A stretch of DNA of 62,729 bases, filler included, from Nitrospinota bacterium (GTDB lineage Bacteria > JAUXIQ01): NCBI GenBank assembly GCA_030620925.1. It is 10 parts of 10 records of this genome, joined end to end, with 100 filler letters (N's around TTAATTAATTAA, not from the genome) between each part and the next. Parts side by side here need not be neighbours in the genome. Positions count along the whole stretch, not along the records: positions 9,439 to 24,476 come from JAUXIQ010000012.1; 9 more parts are not named here. The stretch is one strand, 5' to 3'. The notes under the pieces are model-generated. The model was not told the origin of the DNA. It was given only the letters and a program-made list of their open reading frames with translations, and did no database searches. Made by a program: the position numbers and the translations under genes. This document shows, piece after piece, positions 9,785 to 20,273 of this stretch. The stretch's first letter is position 1. Every line of letters begins with the position of its first letter.

Positions 9785-11332
9785 ATGGCTTTCGAGAAGC
9801 AGAGGGAAGAACTCTTTAAGCTAAGGGAGCGTGCGCTTCAGATGGGTGGGGCGGAAAAGGTGCGGCGACAGCACGAGGCGGGGCGACTCACGGCTCGTGA
9901 AAGGATAGACCGCTTGCTGGACCCCGGGACATTCCTGGAAGTAGGCATGCTCAATCATTCCGATGTGCCGGGAATGGAAGAAAAATCGCCTGCGGACAGC
10001 AAGGTGGTCGGCTTCGGCAAAATAGACGGCCGACAGGTGGCCATCCAGGCCAACGATTTCACTACCCTGGCCGCTTCGAGCAGCAGGGTGGCGGGAAGAA
10101 AGGAAAAGGAAGCCTTCACCTACGCCATAAGGCGCGGCCTTCCCGTAATATACTTCGCCGAAGCGGGGGGTGCCCGAATGCCGGACATCATGGGCGCCCT
10201 GGGGATGACCGGCCAAGGATTCAGCATCGGTATTTACGGCCGCAACCGCCGCATGCCCATGGTAGCAGCAGTCATGGGACAGAGCTACGGTCTGCCCACC
10301 TGGATGTCCGCCCTATCAGATTTCGTGGTCCAGGTAAAAGGTTCATCCATGGCCGTCTCAGGCCCCCGGGTGCTGGAGCTGGCAATCAGCGAGAAGGTCT
10401 CCGAAGAGGAGCTGGGGGGCTGGGAAGTGCACGCCTGCACAACGGGGATGACCGACGCCGTGGCCGAAGACGAAGAACACTGCTTCCAGATCATACGCAA
10501 GTTCCTTGAATATATGCCCTCCAACAACCAGGAACTGCCACCGGTTATGCCGGTGCCCGAGGGCAGCGGGCAGAACATGGAGCGCATACTGGATTTCGTA
10601 CCCGAACAGCGCAACCGCGGCTACGACATGTATAACGTCATAAAGACCATGGTGGACGGGGAGGAAGTCTTCCCCGTAAAAGACCTCTTCGGCAAGACGG
10701 TTATCACCTGTCTGGCCCGAATAGGGGGCCACACGGTAGGCTTCATCGCCAACCAGCCCTTCTTCATGGGCGGCGCCATGGGCGCCGACGGGATAGACAA
10801 AATGATAAGCTTCATGGCCATGTGCGACTCGTTCAACATACCCCTCATCTTCCTGCACGATATCCCCGGCTTCTTCGTCGGCAAAGAGGCGGAGCGCCAG
10901 CGGGTGGCGGGAAAGATAATCAACCACATGACCGCACTGGCCCAGATAACGGTCCCCAAAATCTCCATCGTCATCAGAAAAACATACGGCATGGCCTTCT
11001 TCAACATGTGCGGCACCGGGTGCGGGGCGGACTTCCTGGTAGCCTGGCCCAGCGCGGACATCAGCTTCATGGACCCCGAGGTGGGTGTGAACGTGGTCTA
11101 TGGCGCCCAATTCAGAGGCAGTGAGAAAGAGAAAGAGGAAAGAGAGAAATTCCTGGAGAAGTGGGGCTACGAGTGCGAGCCCTTTCCTGCAGCGGGGCTG
11201 CACCACATCCATGACGTCATCGACCCACCCCAGACGAGAGACTACATAATCCGCTGCCTGGAGATCGCAAGGGGAACCGTTAACGGCGGCGTCGGGGAAC
11301 ATCACCTGGCCAACTGGCCCACTAAATTTTAG
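9785..11332 (+). CDS. Acyl-CoA carboxylase/decarboxylase carboxyltransferase subunit (PccB-like)
   Basis: GRLTARERI, AGGARMP, VSGP, LGG, CDSFNIPL, DIPGF and RKTYG motifs. Confidence 0.9.
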   Translation: MAFEKQREELFKLRERALQMGGAEKVRRQHEAGRLTARERIDRLLDPGTFLEVGMLNHSDVPGMEEKSPADSKVVGFGKIDGRQVAIQANDFTTLAASSSRVAGRKEKEAFTYAIRRGLPVIYFAEAGGARMPDIMGALGMTGQGFSIGIYGRNRRMPMVAAVMGQSYGLPTWMSALSDFVVQVKGSSMAVSGPRVLELAISEKVSEEELGGWEVHACTTGMTDAVAEDEEHCFQIIRKFLEYMPSNNQELPPVMPVPEGSGQNMERILDFVPEQRNRGYDMYNVIKTMVDGEEVFPVKDLFGKTVITCLARIGGHTVGFIANQPFFMGGAMGADGIDKMISFMAMCDSFNIPLIFLHDIPGFFVGKEAERQRVAGKIINHMTALAQITVPKISIVIRKTYGMAFFNMCGTGCGADFLVAWPSADISFMDPEVGVNVVYGAQFRGSEKEKEEREKFLEKWGYECEPFPAAGLHHIHDVIDPPQTRDYIIRCLEIARGTVNGGVGEHHLANWPTKF

Positions 11333-11347
11333 GCGGGTACGAGGCGC

Positions 11348-12073
11348 TTATTCCACGGTGGCCTCATAAATCAAGTCTATATTAAGAGCCTCCCCGGGCT
11401 CGATGGTCACCTCCCTTTCCATAACTCCCATCGCCTCCTGCCATACCCTGAGCCGATATGTCCCGGGAGGTATCCGGTCTATCATATATTCGCCGTCGGT
11501 ACCGGTGGCCGAATAATAAGGGTGTTCCACAACGTAAATCCAGGCCTGCATCCAGGGGTGTAAATCGCACTTCACCTCTATAATTCCGGGTCTGTTGAGC
11601 ACCACCGGTATCCTTTTGCCCATCAGAGGCTGGGCCAGGTTAAAGATGGTGCGCCCTTTGAGATAACCGTGGATGTTGTGATGGACGGGGTCGCTGTTCA
11701 AAATAACAAACTCTCGCCCTTTCTGAGCCAACTGAACGTGGGGCAGGAAAGCGCAGTCGTGCTGGTCTATCAACTGCACCACCCGTGAAAACGCCTTGCC
11801 TCCTGCTACGCCTTCGAGGGTGACCACCGCGTTGAGAACGCCTCTCCCGGAGGAGAGCACGAGGTTTTTCAGCTTCCTATAACCGCGACCGCAGACTCGC
11901 TGATCGGAGGTAATGGGCGCCCTCGCCTGGGCCGGTATCTCTCCCTTGAAAATAACCCTCCCCGTTAATGCGCCGCCGTTAGCCACATTTTCGACCTTGT
12001 ATCCTGCTTGCGCCGGCGTCAAGAACAGCATGAGCCACAGGAACGATGCAAACAATAAGAACGATTTAATCAT
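11348..12073 (-). CDS. Secreted cupredoxin-like / carboxypeptidase-regulatory-like domain protein
   Basis: Signal peptide; CAFLPHV, NSDPVHHNIH, KCDLHPWM, and IPPGTYRLRVW. Confidence 0.7.
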   Translation of the reverse strand: MIKSFLLFASFLWLMLFLTPAQAGYKVENVANGGALTGRVIFKGEIPAQARAPITSDQRVCGRGYRKLKNLVLSSGRGVLNAVVTLEGVAGGKAFSRVVQLIDQHDCAFLPHVQLAQKGREFVILNSDPVHHNIHGYLKGRTIFNLAQPLMGKRIPVVLNRPGIIEVKCDLHPWMQAWIYVVEHPYYSATGTDGEYMIDRIPPGTYRLRVWQEAMGVMEREVTIEPGEALNIDLIYEATVE

Positions 12074-12281
12074 CGAGTGTCTCCTTTAACTACCTGAATA
12101 GCCTGTAAACCGACTGAGTGCTCTTTATTAAATATAACTTCCGGCTGACCAATTGACCTTACACACGCCCGTAACGCGAATTCGCGGCTCAGCGAGTTGA
12201 CCGCTCACCCCTTTCTATGCTATAGCATAGGTCGGCCGGGAACTTATATTTTTAACCTGTTCAGGAACCGAGGAGGCTTAT

Positions 12282-12785
12282 ATGGCGGAGCCGGTGGTGG
12301 GCATAGTTATGGGCAGCGAATCCGACGCGGAAGTCATGCGAGGTGCGGCGGACGTGCTTAAAAATTTCGACGTGCCCTATGAAGTAACCGTTTCCTCCGC
12401 TCACAGGACGCTGGACCGGACACTGGAATACGCCCGCAGCGCCGGGAAGCGCGGCCTGAAGCTGATAATCGCCGGAGCCGGCGGCGCGGCGCACCTGCCG
12501 GGAGTGCTGGCAGCGGCTACCTCTCTTCCCGTGATAGGCGTCCCCATAGATTCCTCACCGCTCAAGGGGATAGATGCGCTCCTCTCAATCGCCCAGATGC
12601 CCTCCGGGGTTCCTGTTGCCACCATGTCCGTGGGAACCGCCGGAGCGAAGAACGCCGCCTATTTCGCGCTTCGCGTCCTGGCCGCTCATGACAGCGACCT
12701 TAAAACCAAACTGGAAGCCGATCAGGCGCGAACGGCCGGAGAGGTGGAGGCCGCCGATAAACGTGTCAAAAAAAGCTCCGAATGA
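12282..12785 (+). CDS. purE: N5-CAIR mutase
   Basis: MGSESD, SAHRT, AGAGGAAHLPG, PVIGVP and QMPSGVPVAT motifs. Confidence 0.97.
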   Translation: MAEPVVGIVMGSESDAEVMRGAADVLKNFDVPYEVTVSSAHRTLDRTLEYARSAGKRGLKLIIAGAGGAAHLPGVLAAATSLPVIGVPIDSSPLKGIDALLSIAQMPSGVPVATMSVGTAGAKNAAYFALRVLAAHDSDLKTKLEADQARTAGEVEAADKRVKKSSE

Positions 12786-12828
12786 TGCCCTTCTCCAGAT
12801 GGGATAAACCTTACAACGGTGTGCAGGG

Positions 12829-13482
12829 GTGCGCGGCAAAACTGTGGCCATAGATTCTCTAAGCCCGGAAAGCCGGAATATAGACAAAGCGGCAAGGGTT
12901 ATCAAGGCTGGCGGCCTGGTAGTCTATCCTACCGAGACCTTTTACGCGCTGGGGGCGGATGCCCTCAACGAGAGAGCGGTCAGGAAAGTCTACGAGGTTA
13001 AGGGCCGGAGCTTCAGCAAGGCGCTTACCCTCATCATACACAACAGGGAATCGCTGCTCCCCCTGGTGGCGGCAGTCCCCCCTGGAGCGGAAAAACTCAT
13101 GGCAAAGTTCTGGCCGGGGCCTCTCACGATCGTCTTTAAAGCCGCCGGAATACTCCCCTCCCTGGTCACGGCGGGCACCGGGAGTATAGGGATAAGAATC
13201 CCTTCCTCCGCGACAGCCATAGCACTGGCTTGTGCAACAGGCCGCCCTTTAACGGCTACCAGCGCGAACCCCTCGGGTCTGCGTGGATTCACCAGGGCGG
13301 GAGAAGCGTCAGCTTCGCTGGGCGAGGAGATCGATATGATCCTGGACGGGGGTAGGACACGCGGGGGCACGGCCTCCACTATCGTGGACTTTACCGTACC
13401 CCCGCCGGTCCTTATACGCACCGGAACTATTTCCAGGGAGATGCTTGAGAAATGCCTGAATATCAAAATCGCAGCGTCTTGA
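12829..13482 (+). CDS. tsaC: L-threonylcarbamoyladenylate synthase (Sua5/YrdC)
   Basis: PTETFYAL, KGR, FWPGPLT and TSANPSG motifs. Confidence 0.93.
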   Translation: MRGKTVAIDSLSPESRNIDKAARVIKAGGLVVYPTETFYALGADALNERAVRKVYEVKGRSFSKALTLIIHNRESLLPLVAAVPPGAEKLMAKFWPGPLTIVFKAAGILPSLVTAGTGSIGIRIPSSATAIALACATGRPLTATSANPSGLRGFTRAGEASASLGEEIDMILDGGRTRGGTASTIVDFTVPPPVLIRTGTISREMLEKCLNIKIAAS

Positions 13483-13554
13483 GGGAACCGTTACAGGAAA
13501 ACCCCCGCCCCTTGCAGGTATCGATAAATCTCTCCCGGCTAAACACAAAAAGGG

Positions 13555-14175
13555 TTAGTATGAAGTTACCTGGAACTGAGCCCTCCTGTTCTTCGTCCAT
13601 ACCTGTTCGTCGTGGCCCGAGGCCAACGGCCTTTCCTCGCCGTAGCTGATTGTATACAGCCGCACGGGATCGATGCCCAGGCCTATGAGATACCTCCTCA
13701 CGCTCATGGCCCGCCTCTCGCCCAGAGCCAGGTTATACTCATCGGTACCCCGCTCGTCGGCATGTCCTTCTACGAGGACTTCGGCCTCAGAGTTTGCCTG
13801 CAACCATTCCGCATTTCCCCTCAGCGTTTTCTTTGCTTGATCAGTAAGCGCTGATTTGTCGAATTCGAAGTTGATCGTCCTCAACACCAGATCGGCGGGA
13901 CTGAACTCTTTGCCTCTCGCCGAAAGCTGAGGGGGTACATCTCTCTCAGACCTCAGGATAGACTCACGAATGCTCTCAGACGTCCCTCCCTTGCCTCCCC
14001 CTTCTCTGCCGGCCATACTCTGTCCTTCGCCTCCTGTACGGCCCCCCTTCTTTGCTGCTCCCGAGGCTGCCCTTTCGCCCTGGCTATCGCTCACCCTCGC
14101 GGGACAACCCGTGAGGAAGAGACCCAATGCCACGAGCAGGACAACTGCTAAAGGAGTAATTACTACATTTCTCAT
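13555..14175 (-). CDS. pal: Peptidoglycan-associated lipoprotein
   Basis: Lipobox LTGC; OmpA-like EGHADERGTDEYNLALGERRA and NRRA. Confidence 0.95.
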   Translation of the reverse strand: MRNVVITPLAVVLLVALGLFLTGCPARVSDSQGERAASGAAKKGGRTGGEGQSMAGREGGGKGGTSESIRESILRSERDVPPQLSARGKEFSPADLVLRTINFEFDKSALTDQAKKTLRGNAEWLQANSEAEVLVEGHADERGTDEYNLALGERRAMSVRRYLIGLGIDPVRLYTISYGEERPLASGHDEQVWTKNRRAQFQVTSY

Positions 14176-14275
14176 GTTACCACGTTCCTCCCTTTAAAAA
14201 CTCAAGTTAAATCGTGAAAGTAAAAACAGACCTTCTCCCTATTCTTGACTTCAAAACCCTCCTCATTATTAAAAC

Positions 14276-15601
14276 TCAATCCCCAAGCCTGGTGGACCAT
14301 GCAGGTGAATAACCGCCTCCCGCCAGCTTTGTTACGGGGTGTTGGCCCGAACCGTCCACCCCCATTATGTATATTTGTGGCGTTCCGTTTCTATCCGAAC
14401 TGAAAGCGATATGACGCCCGTCAGGGGACCACGCGGGGGCCTCGTTATTTCCTGCGTCTTTGGTAAGTCTTTTAAGATCGCTCCCGTCGAGGTTTATTGT
14501 ATATATATTGAACAGCTCATCCCTTCTTCCGGCGAAAGCCAGGCGGTCTCCTCGCGGTGACCATGAAGCCTGGTCGTTGTAATCTCCCAAGTAAGTGATA
14601 CGCTTCGCATTTTTCCCGTCGGCATCCATTACATGAATCTGCGGGAAGCCTGCTCTGGAGGAGGTGAAGGCTATTCTCTTGCCGTTGGGAGACCACGCGG
14701 GCCCTGAGTCGGTCACCCGGTTCTTGGTCAACCGTTTCAGTTTTCCGTCTTTCACTCTGATGAGGTAAATTTCAGCGTTACCGTCCTTGGTCATGACCAT
14801 TGCGATATTCTTCCCATCCGGCGACCAGGCAGGCAACACGTTAAGTCCCTGGGCCAGAGAGAGCGCTCTTCGATCCAGACCGTCTTGATTTATGATGTAC
14901 AGGTCGGGGTTGTTATCGATATAAGAGGTAAAGGCGATCCGCTTCCCGTCAGGAGACCAGGCGGGAGAGAGTACCAGCGACTTATCACCGGTTAGGCGGT
15001 AAACACCGTGCCCGTCGTAGTCCATGATGTACATCTCTTTGTTCTGCCTTTGCTTGGAAACAAAAGCTATCTTGGACCTGAATACCCCCTTCTCACCCGT
15101 GAGCCGGTATGCTATCTCCTCAGAGAGTCGATGGGCTATGGTCCGGTAGTCGCGGGGGTCGCCGGAATATTTCACTCCTATTATCCTTTTACCTCTATCC
15201 ACGTCGAATAGCTCACTTTTAAGCACCAGCTGGCCGCCATCCATATAGATTTCGCCCTTGAGCAGAGCCACAGCTCCCAGGGCGCCCCACTCACTGAAAT
15301 TTGTCTTCCCTTTCGCCCTATCCTCCCGTTCCTGCTCCTGGACGAATCCGTCCTTATCGATAACCTTAAAGAACCCGGAAAACTCCAGATCAGCCCTCAC
15401 AACCCTGCTCATGGTGGAGGTGAGCTGGATATAAGCCCCGGAACGGCCGCGTCCGACTGTAAAATCTGGCACGGCGACTTCTATCCTGCCCGAGCCTGCG
15501 GTTTTTAAATCCAGAAATACCTCCGGACCCTTACCTTCAGAATCACTGAAAGCAAAAACCGAGATAACCGATATTATCGCGATGATAAGCCTTATATACA
15601 A
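14276..15601 (-). CDS. tolB: Tol-Pal beta-propeller protein (start uncertain; ORF extends to 15670)
   Basis: TolB_N domain plus repeated PAWSPDG motifs; position in tolQRAB-pal. Confidence 0.93.
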   Translation of the reverse strand: MYIRLIIAIISVISVFAFSDSEGKGPEVFLDLKTAGSGRIEVAVPDFTVGRGRSGAYIQLTSTMSRVVRADLEFSGFFKVIDKDGFVQEQEREDRAKGKTNFSEWGALGAVALLKGEIYMDGGQLVLKSELFDVDRGKRIIGVKYSGDPRDYRTIAHRLSEEIAYRLTGEKGVFRSKIAFVSKQRQNKEMYIMDYDGHGVYRLTGDKSLVLSPAWSPDGKRIAFTSYIDNNPDLYIINQDGLDRRALSLAQGLNVLPAWSPDGKNIAMVMTKDGNAEIYLIRVKDGKLKRLTKNRVTDSGPAWSPNGKRIAFTSSRAGFPQIHVMDADGKNAKRITYLGDYNDQASWSPRGDRLAFAGRRDELFNIYTINLDGSDLKRLTKDAGNNEAPAWSPDGRHIAFSSDRNGTPQIYIMGVDGSGQHPVTKLAGGGYSPAWSTRLGD

Positions 15602-15608
15602 TGTGCGG

Positions 15609-16358
15609 TTAACCCTCCCCGGAATATTCGAATCCGAAATGCACACGTAACTCTTCCCCTTCAAACTCATGGGGTAGTGGGGGCAGGGGACCGGCCTTCA
15701 TAATGGCCATAGCCGCCGACCCGTCCAAAAATTCATCCCCGGATGATTTCTCTATTTTCAAACCCTCGATGCTTCCGTCTCTCTGCACCTTGAAAAAGAT
15801 CACCACCCGCCTGCTCCCCTTTCCCTCGAACTCACTATATACCGGGTCCCAGTGCTCCGCTATTCTCCTTTGCATTATGGACAGGTAGTAGGAGTAGGGG
15901 AAATCCACATCTTCGAGGGATAGACTCCCCACCCCTTTGGGGCCCAGGCTGGCGGTAGTAGTCGTAGAAAATTCCGTGAGTTTTTCCTTCTGCTCTTTTC
16001 CTTTCGTCTCCAGTTTAGGTTGTTTCTGCTGTTGCCGATTCCTGCTTTTTTTGAACCTCTCCTTTTTACGGCGCTCAGGTTTTTTTTCTGGCTCTTTTTT
16101 CACCTTCGGCTTCTCGGGAAGAGGGGCAGCCGGAGGTTTCTTCACGGCAGCTTGCTTAGTTTCCGACGATTCTTTTTTCTTATTGGGCTGAGGTTTGCTG
16201 ACCTCCTTCTTCTCCGCGGGATTTCGGGGAAGCTCCACGAAGCTCACCCTGTATACATCCTTGGGCTTTTCCCTCTTTTCAGACACCATGGGAACGGTGA
16301 ATATAATGCCCAGGATTATGAGATGGGCTACGAGAGAATAGAGGATGAGCTTCCCCAT
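15609..16358 (-). CDS. tolA: TolA/TonB family protein
   Basis: N-terminal TM with SxxxH, Lys/Pro-rich linker, C-terminal SSG...D..A..A...A.PLPPLP. Confidence 0.8.
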   Translation of the reverse strand: MGKLILYSLVAHLIILGIIFTVPMVSEKREKPKDVYRVSFVELPRNPAEKKEVSKPQPNKKKESSETKQAAVKKPPAAPLPEKPKVKKEPEKKPERRKKERFKKSRNRQQQKQPKLETKGKEQKEKLTEFSTTTTASLGPKGVGSLSLEDVDFPYSYYLSIMQRRIAEHWDPVYSEFEGKGSRRVVIFFKVQRDGSIEGLKIEKSSGDEFLDGSAAMAIMKAGPLPPLPHEFEGEELRVHFGFEYSGEG

Positions 16359-16460
16359 AACGTTCCCTTCCTCTGGGCTTCTCTGTTAACTATCATAAAA
16401 AAAAGCGGAGAGCTCGACTAAAAGGCCCTTCGCCCATCTCTCCAGCCTCAGTCTGAATTT

Positions 16461-16865
16461 TCAATCCATCGGCTCGGTGACCATACCCAATTGATAGAAA
16501 CCAGCCCGCCTGATTCTAGACATGGTTTTCACCACGGTTCCGTATTTCACGTCGCGGTCAGCCTTTATAAATACCTCCATGTCGGGATTGATCCGGCTTA
16601 AACGCTGTAGTTTTTCCTCCAGTTCGTCGAAGCTCACCCGTCTATCTCTGAAATAAATACGGTTATTCGTTGATACAGTTATAATCAAGCTTTCACTGAG
16701 GTCATGCACTTCCCCTTTCTCCCTGGGGAGGTCCACCGGAATGCCCTGAGTAAGCATAGGGGCGGTGACCATAAAGATGACCAGCAACACCAGCATCACA
16801 TCCACCAGAGGAGTAACGTTTATTTCAGAGAGAACTGGAGTCGTCCTCTCGCTCAATCCCTTCAA
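16461..16865 (-). CDS. tolR: TolR/ExbD
   Basis: INVTPLVDVMLVLLVIFMVTAP motif. Confidence 0.92.
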   Translation of the reverse strand: MKGLSERTTPVLSEINVTPLVDVMLVLLVIFMVTAPMLTQGIPVDLPREKGEVHDLSESLIITVSTNNRIYFRDRRVSFDELEEKLQRLSRINPDMEVFIKADRDVKYGTVVKTMSRIRRAGFYQLGMVTEPMD

Positions 16866-16897
16866 AGGCTGCCTTCCTCTCTAATGGGGCGGATCGG

Positions 16898-17596
16898 TCA
16901 GTATTCTTTAACGAAGTTTCTTTCTACAATGCTTACGAATTCCGTATTAAAATTATCCATCTCGCTGCCGACAACTTTGGCCTTATTGATGTAATAGTTA
17001 TAGCTGATGACTGCAGGTATAGCCACGGCCAGACCCGCTGCAGTAGCTATCAATGCCTCTGAGATTCCAGGGGCCACGGCTCCGATGCTGGCGGTAGTCC
17101 GCATCCCCAGCCCCCTGAAGGCGTTCATTACACCCCATACCGTGCCGAAAAGGCCGATGAAAGGCGTTGCGCTTCCTGCAGTAGCAAGAAAAATCAGGTA
17201 CTTCTCAAATGTGATCATCTCCTGATTAGCCTTAACCATAATGGTTCTGGTTATCACCTGAACCTCTTTTGGCGTAATTCCCACCCCACTCTTTCGGGCT
17301 GTGCCCGAAGTGGGATTGTCGTCTCTACTTTCTCGCTGAAATCCCCGAAGGGCGTTGTATCCCACAACGTATAGCCTGGCCAAATGGCTCTCATCGAGAG
17401 ATTTGCTATGGGCGTAAATGCTCGTCAGGTTATTGCTGGAACTAAAAATATTCATAAACCTGCGCGTCTGTGCCTCCGAGGTGCGCAGATATAACAATTT
17501 CTGAATTATTATGGCCCAAGTACTCACCGAGAAAAAGAGAAGCACTATGAGCACCAATTTTCCCGCGAGCCCTATCTGGAGGATTAATTCGTTCAC
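16898..17596 (-). CDS. tolQ: TolQ/ExbB proton channel
   Basis: PFIGLFGTVWG and GISEALIATAAGLAVAIPA motifs. Confidence 0.93.
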   Translation of the reverse strand: MNELILQIGLAGKLVLIVLLFFSVSTWAIIIQKLLYLRTSEAQTRRFMNIFSSSNNLTSIYAHSKSLDESHLARLYVVGYNALRGFQRESRDDNPTSGTARKSGVGITPKEVQVITRTIMVKANQEMITFEKYLIFLATAGSATPFIGLFGTVWGVMNAFRGLGMRTTASIGAVAPGISEALIATAAGLAVAIPAVISYNYYINKAKVVGSEMDNFNTEFVSIVERNFVKEY

Positions 17597-18131
17597 ATTT
17601 CCTCCTTAATATTTTCCTCAAAAGGAACATCGGCCAAAAACGCTGACACCTTTATCACCTTTTTGAGGTACAGAAATATTGAGAATTTAACTTACCCTCT
17701 GGGAATTAGTACAACCATCACCGGGGGGTGAGCTTGACCTCCAAAACAAAATAATATTATTAAACTTTTCAATTACTTACAAATTTAAGTAATCTTAAAT
17801 CATTATCGCCGGAATGTCAACGAGGGTTTTTAGGGGCTGAGGAACCCCTTCCCGAAAAACCTCTGCTACATAGGCATAGGCACTTTAAAATACTTTCGAG
17901 AAAGAGAGAAAAAATCGTTTTCCCGACGGATGCTCTTTGAAAACCCTTGTTAACATATATAGTTATTAATCGGTAAATTGGGCAAGAAAAATTATCTTTA
18001 TATCTATTAACGTCTCTCTTTATAACTTGAAAACTGGAATTTTTTCAATTATTATTAAGTTATCTTAAATTCCTACCGCTGAGGTTAAGCTTTCATGTTC
18101 CGGAGTATTATTAAAAAAAGAGGGGCCTTGA

Positions 18132-18578
18132 ATGAGGAGCTTTCTGCTCATTGTCTGCCTCATTCTGCTGGTTTCTTTCAGCTCCGGCTGCGGAGCCCTT
18201 AAACTGATCGCCAAGGGAACCACGGGGATTGTCGCAGTCAGTTTAAAAGTGCTCACCTTCCCTTTATCCACCTCCAACAAAGGGAAGGGGGTCTATGTCG
18301 GCTATGCCTCATGGTACGGGGATGAATTCCACGGCAGGCGAACCGCCAACGGCGAAATATATAACCAGTTCAGGTACACGGCCGCTCACCGTTCCCTTCC
18401 CTTTAACACGCTGGTGGAAGTGACCAACCTGAAAACCCGCAAGGCGGTTATAGTGAGGATAAACGATCGGGGTCCCTTTGTCAGGGGCAGGATAATCGAT
18501 CTTTCCTACGGCGCTGCGCGAAAAATAGGCATGGTTGAAGACGGCGTCCAGAGAGTGAGGCTGAAAGTTCTGCGATAA
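18132..18578 (+). CDS. rlpA: Septal ring lytic transglycosylase RlpA family lipoprotein
   Basis: ASWYG..FHG..TANGE, AAHRSLP and RINDRGP...RIIDLS motifs. Confidence 0.93.
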   Translation: MRSFLLIVCLILLVSFSSGCGALKLIAKGTTGIVAVSLKVLTFPLSTSNKGKGVYVGYASWYGDEFHGRRTANGEIYNQFRYTAAHRSLPFNTLVEVTNLKTRKAVIVRINDRGPFVRGRIIDLSYGAARKIGMVEDGVQRVRLKVLR

Positions 18579-18702
18579 AGCTCAGGCGGTGCCCTCTAAT
18601 GCCTGCTCCACCCCATTGATTTTCTCCCATCGATTTTATATTATAGTAAAAAGCGAAAAATCATATAATGTATACTGGCGACTTAAGCGCTGGAGTATAA
18701 AA

Positions 18703-19347
18703 ATGATTATAGACATGCACGTTCATACCCAGGTGTCGGATGACTGCTGGGTAACCCCTGAAACGTATTTGAACTGGATAAACATCCTCAGAAAAAACCA
18801 TCATATCTCCGGACTGGCTTTCGCCGAGCACCGGAAATATGACTCTTCCATAGATTATCGAGGTTTGGCTCAGGAGTTCGACGTTGTGATATTCAGGGGC
18901 ATGGAGCTGGAAACGGATTGCGGCCATTTTCTGGTCTATGGTCCCTTAGGCGACGTAATGAAGAAAATAAATACTGACGATATTAACCTGGATGCCTCAC
19001 ACATGCTGAACGTTGTCGAAGAGGCGGGAGGAATAGCCATCCCCGCTCATCCCGGGAGGAGGAACATAGGGTTTTCCTACCATGTGGACAACGGTAAAGA
19101 TTACACCAATGTAAAGGCGATTGAGTCGCTAAACGGGGCCAGCAAAGAGGGGGAGAACGCTCTGGCTGAAAAACTTGCCGCCGAAAGGAACTATCACCGG
19201 ATAGCGGGGAGTGACGCTCATTTTGTCAGTGATCTCTGCTCATGCCTCACAGAATTCGAAAGCGAATTTAGCGGTTGGGAAGAACTGGTTGAGGAACTGA
19301 AAGAGGGTAAATACAGACCTATAAGTCTGAAGGATGCCAAAAAATAA
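18703..19347 (+). CDS. PHP-domain metal-dependent phosphoesterase
   Basis: DMHVHT, AEH, GHFL, AHP and GSDAH motifs. Confidence 0.85.
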   Translation: MIIDMHVHTQVSDDCWVTPETYLNWINILRKNHHISGLAFAEHRKYDSSIDYRGLAQEFDVVIFRGMELETDCGHFLVYGPLGDVMKKINTDDINLDASHMLNVVEEAGGIAIPAHPGRRNIGFSYHVDNGKDYTNVKAIESLNGASKEGENALAEKLAAERNYHRIAGSDAHFVSDLCSCLTEFESEFSGWEELVEELKEGKYRPISLKDAKK

Positions 19348-19364
19348 ATTAAGAGGGATAAAGA

Positions 19365-19961
19365 ATGTCTTCTTTGAAAAGTCAACTATTTCAACAGTAT
19401 GCTAACGAAGGCCTTAAAGCTTTGATCCACGAATTCCAACAGAAATACGAACCCAAAAAAGAAGAACGCTTCAATTACAATGGTATCACCTATGAGATAG
19501 GAAACGCTCAAACCACTGAAGACGGAGTGGAATTCGAGATCAGCTCGAAGATACCCCAGGATGAGCTCTCCAGCAAAGTGACCCTCCAAGACTATTTTCG
19601 ATCCATAAAAGGCATACTGGTCAAAGTATCAGCTGCACCAAATGCTATCGACATGGAAAACATAACCCGGGAACTGGGAGGAGACGAGAGGAAAGAAAGG
19701 GATTACGTCAAATTAAAATATTCCTATACTGATACCGACCTGTATGATGAGTCGGAGCTCTTGAAAAAAGTCGAAGAGATTTCAAGCAAAGGGGACACCA
19801 GTAAAATACCTAAAGTTTCGGGGGCGACGACGTTAATAGGCAAAATGATTCTATCGGCGGTCAAGGAATCCATCTATTCTAAAGCAATGGATAACATGCA
19901 GAGCTTGATCGACGCCAACGAATCCGTACGCGGAAAGCTTATCCGAGGTAAGAAAAAATAA
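19365..19961 (+). CDS. Hypothetical protein
   Basis: 198-aa ORF 17 nt after the PHP gene with a purine-rich SD; no family recognised. Confidence 0.75.
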   Translation: MSSLKSQLFQQYANEGLKALIHEFQQKYEPKKEERFNYNGITYEIGNAQTTEDGVEFEISSKIPQDELSSKVTLQDYFRSIKGILVKVSAAPNAIDMENITRELGGDERKERDYVKLKYSYTDTDLYDESELLKKVEEISSKGDTSKIPKVSGATTLIGKMILSAVKESIYSKAMDNMQSLIDANESVRGKLIRGKKK

Positions 19962-20007
19962 GGCATCAGTGAAAGCCGCACGTTCTCAGCTTTTTCCCTT
20001 AACCTGA

Positions 20008-20188
20008 GTTGTTGAAAAACTGTGGGTAAAATTACCGCCCCGAACAAAATTACTCGCGAACTCTACGTTTCCTCAACACCATAAATTTTTAATTATCCTT
20101 AATGTTAAATAAAATTTTACGTACCTTCCAGCCATTTGAACACCAAAACCGGTAGTCGTTTTAAGAATCAGGGAATATTTTTCACAAC
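20008..20188. repeat. Possible MITE-like element with imperfect terminal inverted repeats
   Basis: GTTGTTGAAAAAC ... ATTTTTCACAAC flanking an AT-rich non-coding spacer. Confidence 0.35.
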
Positions 20189-20273
20189 AAGATTAATTGC
20201 ACCGAATGTATGTTGGTTAGGCGCCCGATACCTGCTTTAAAAGCTTTCTATACCAACGATAGGAAAATATGGT

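Noticed and set aside
10358-11305. Long antisense ORFs (also 43460-44386, 60581-61429, 61478-62329 and similar)
   Set aside because: Shadow frames of well-supported GC-rich genes with no motifs of their own.
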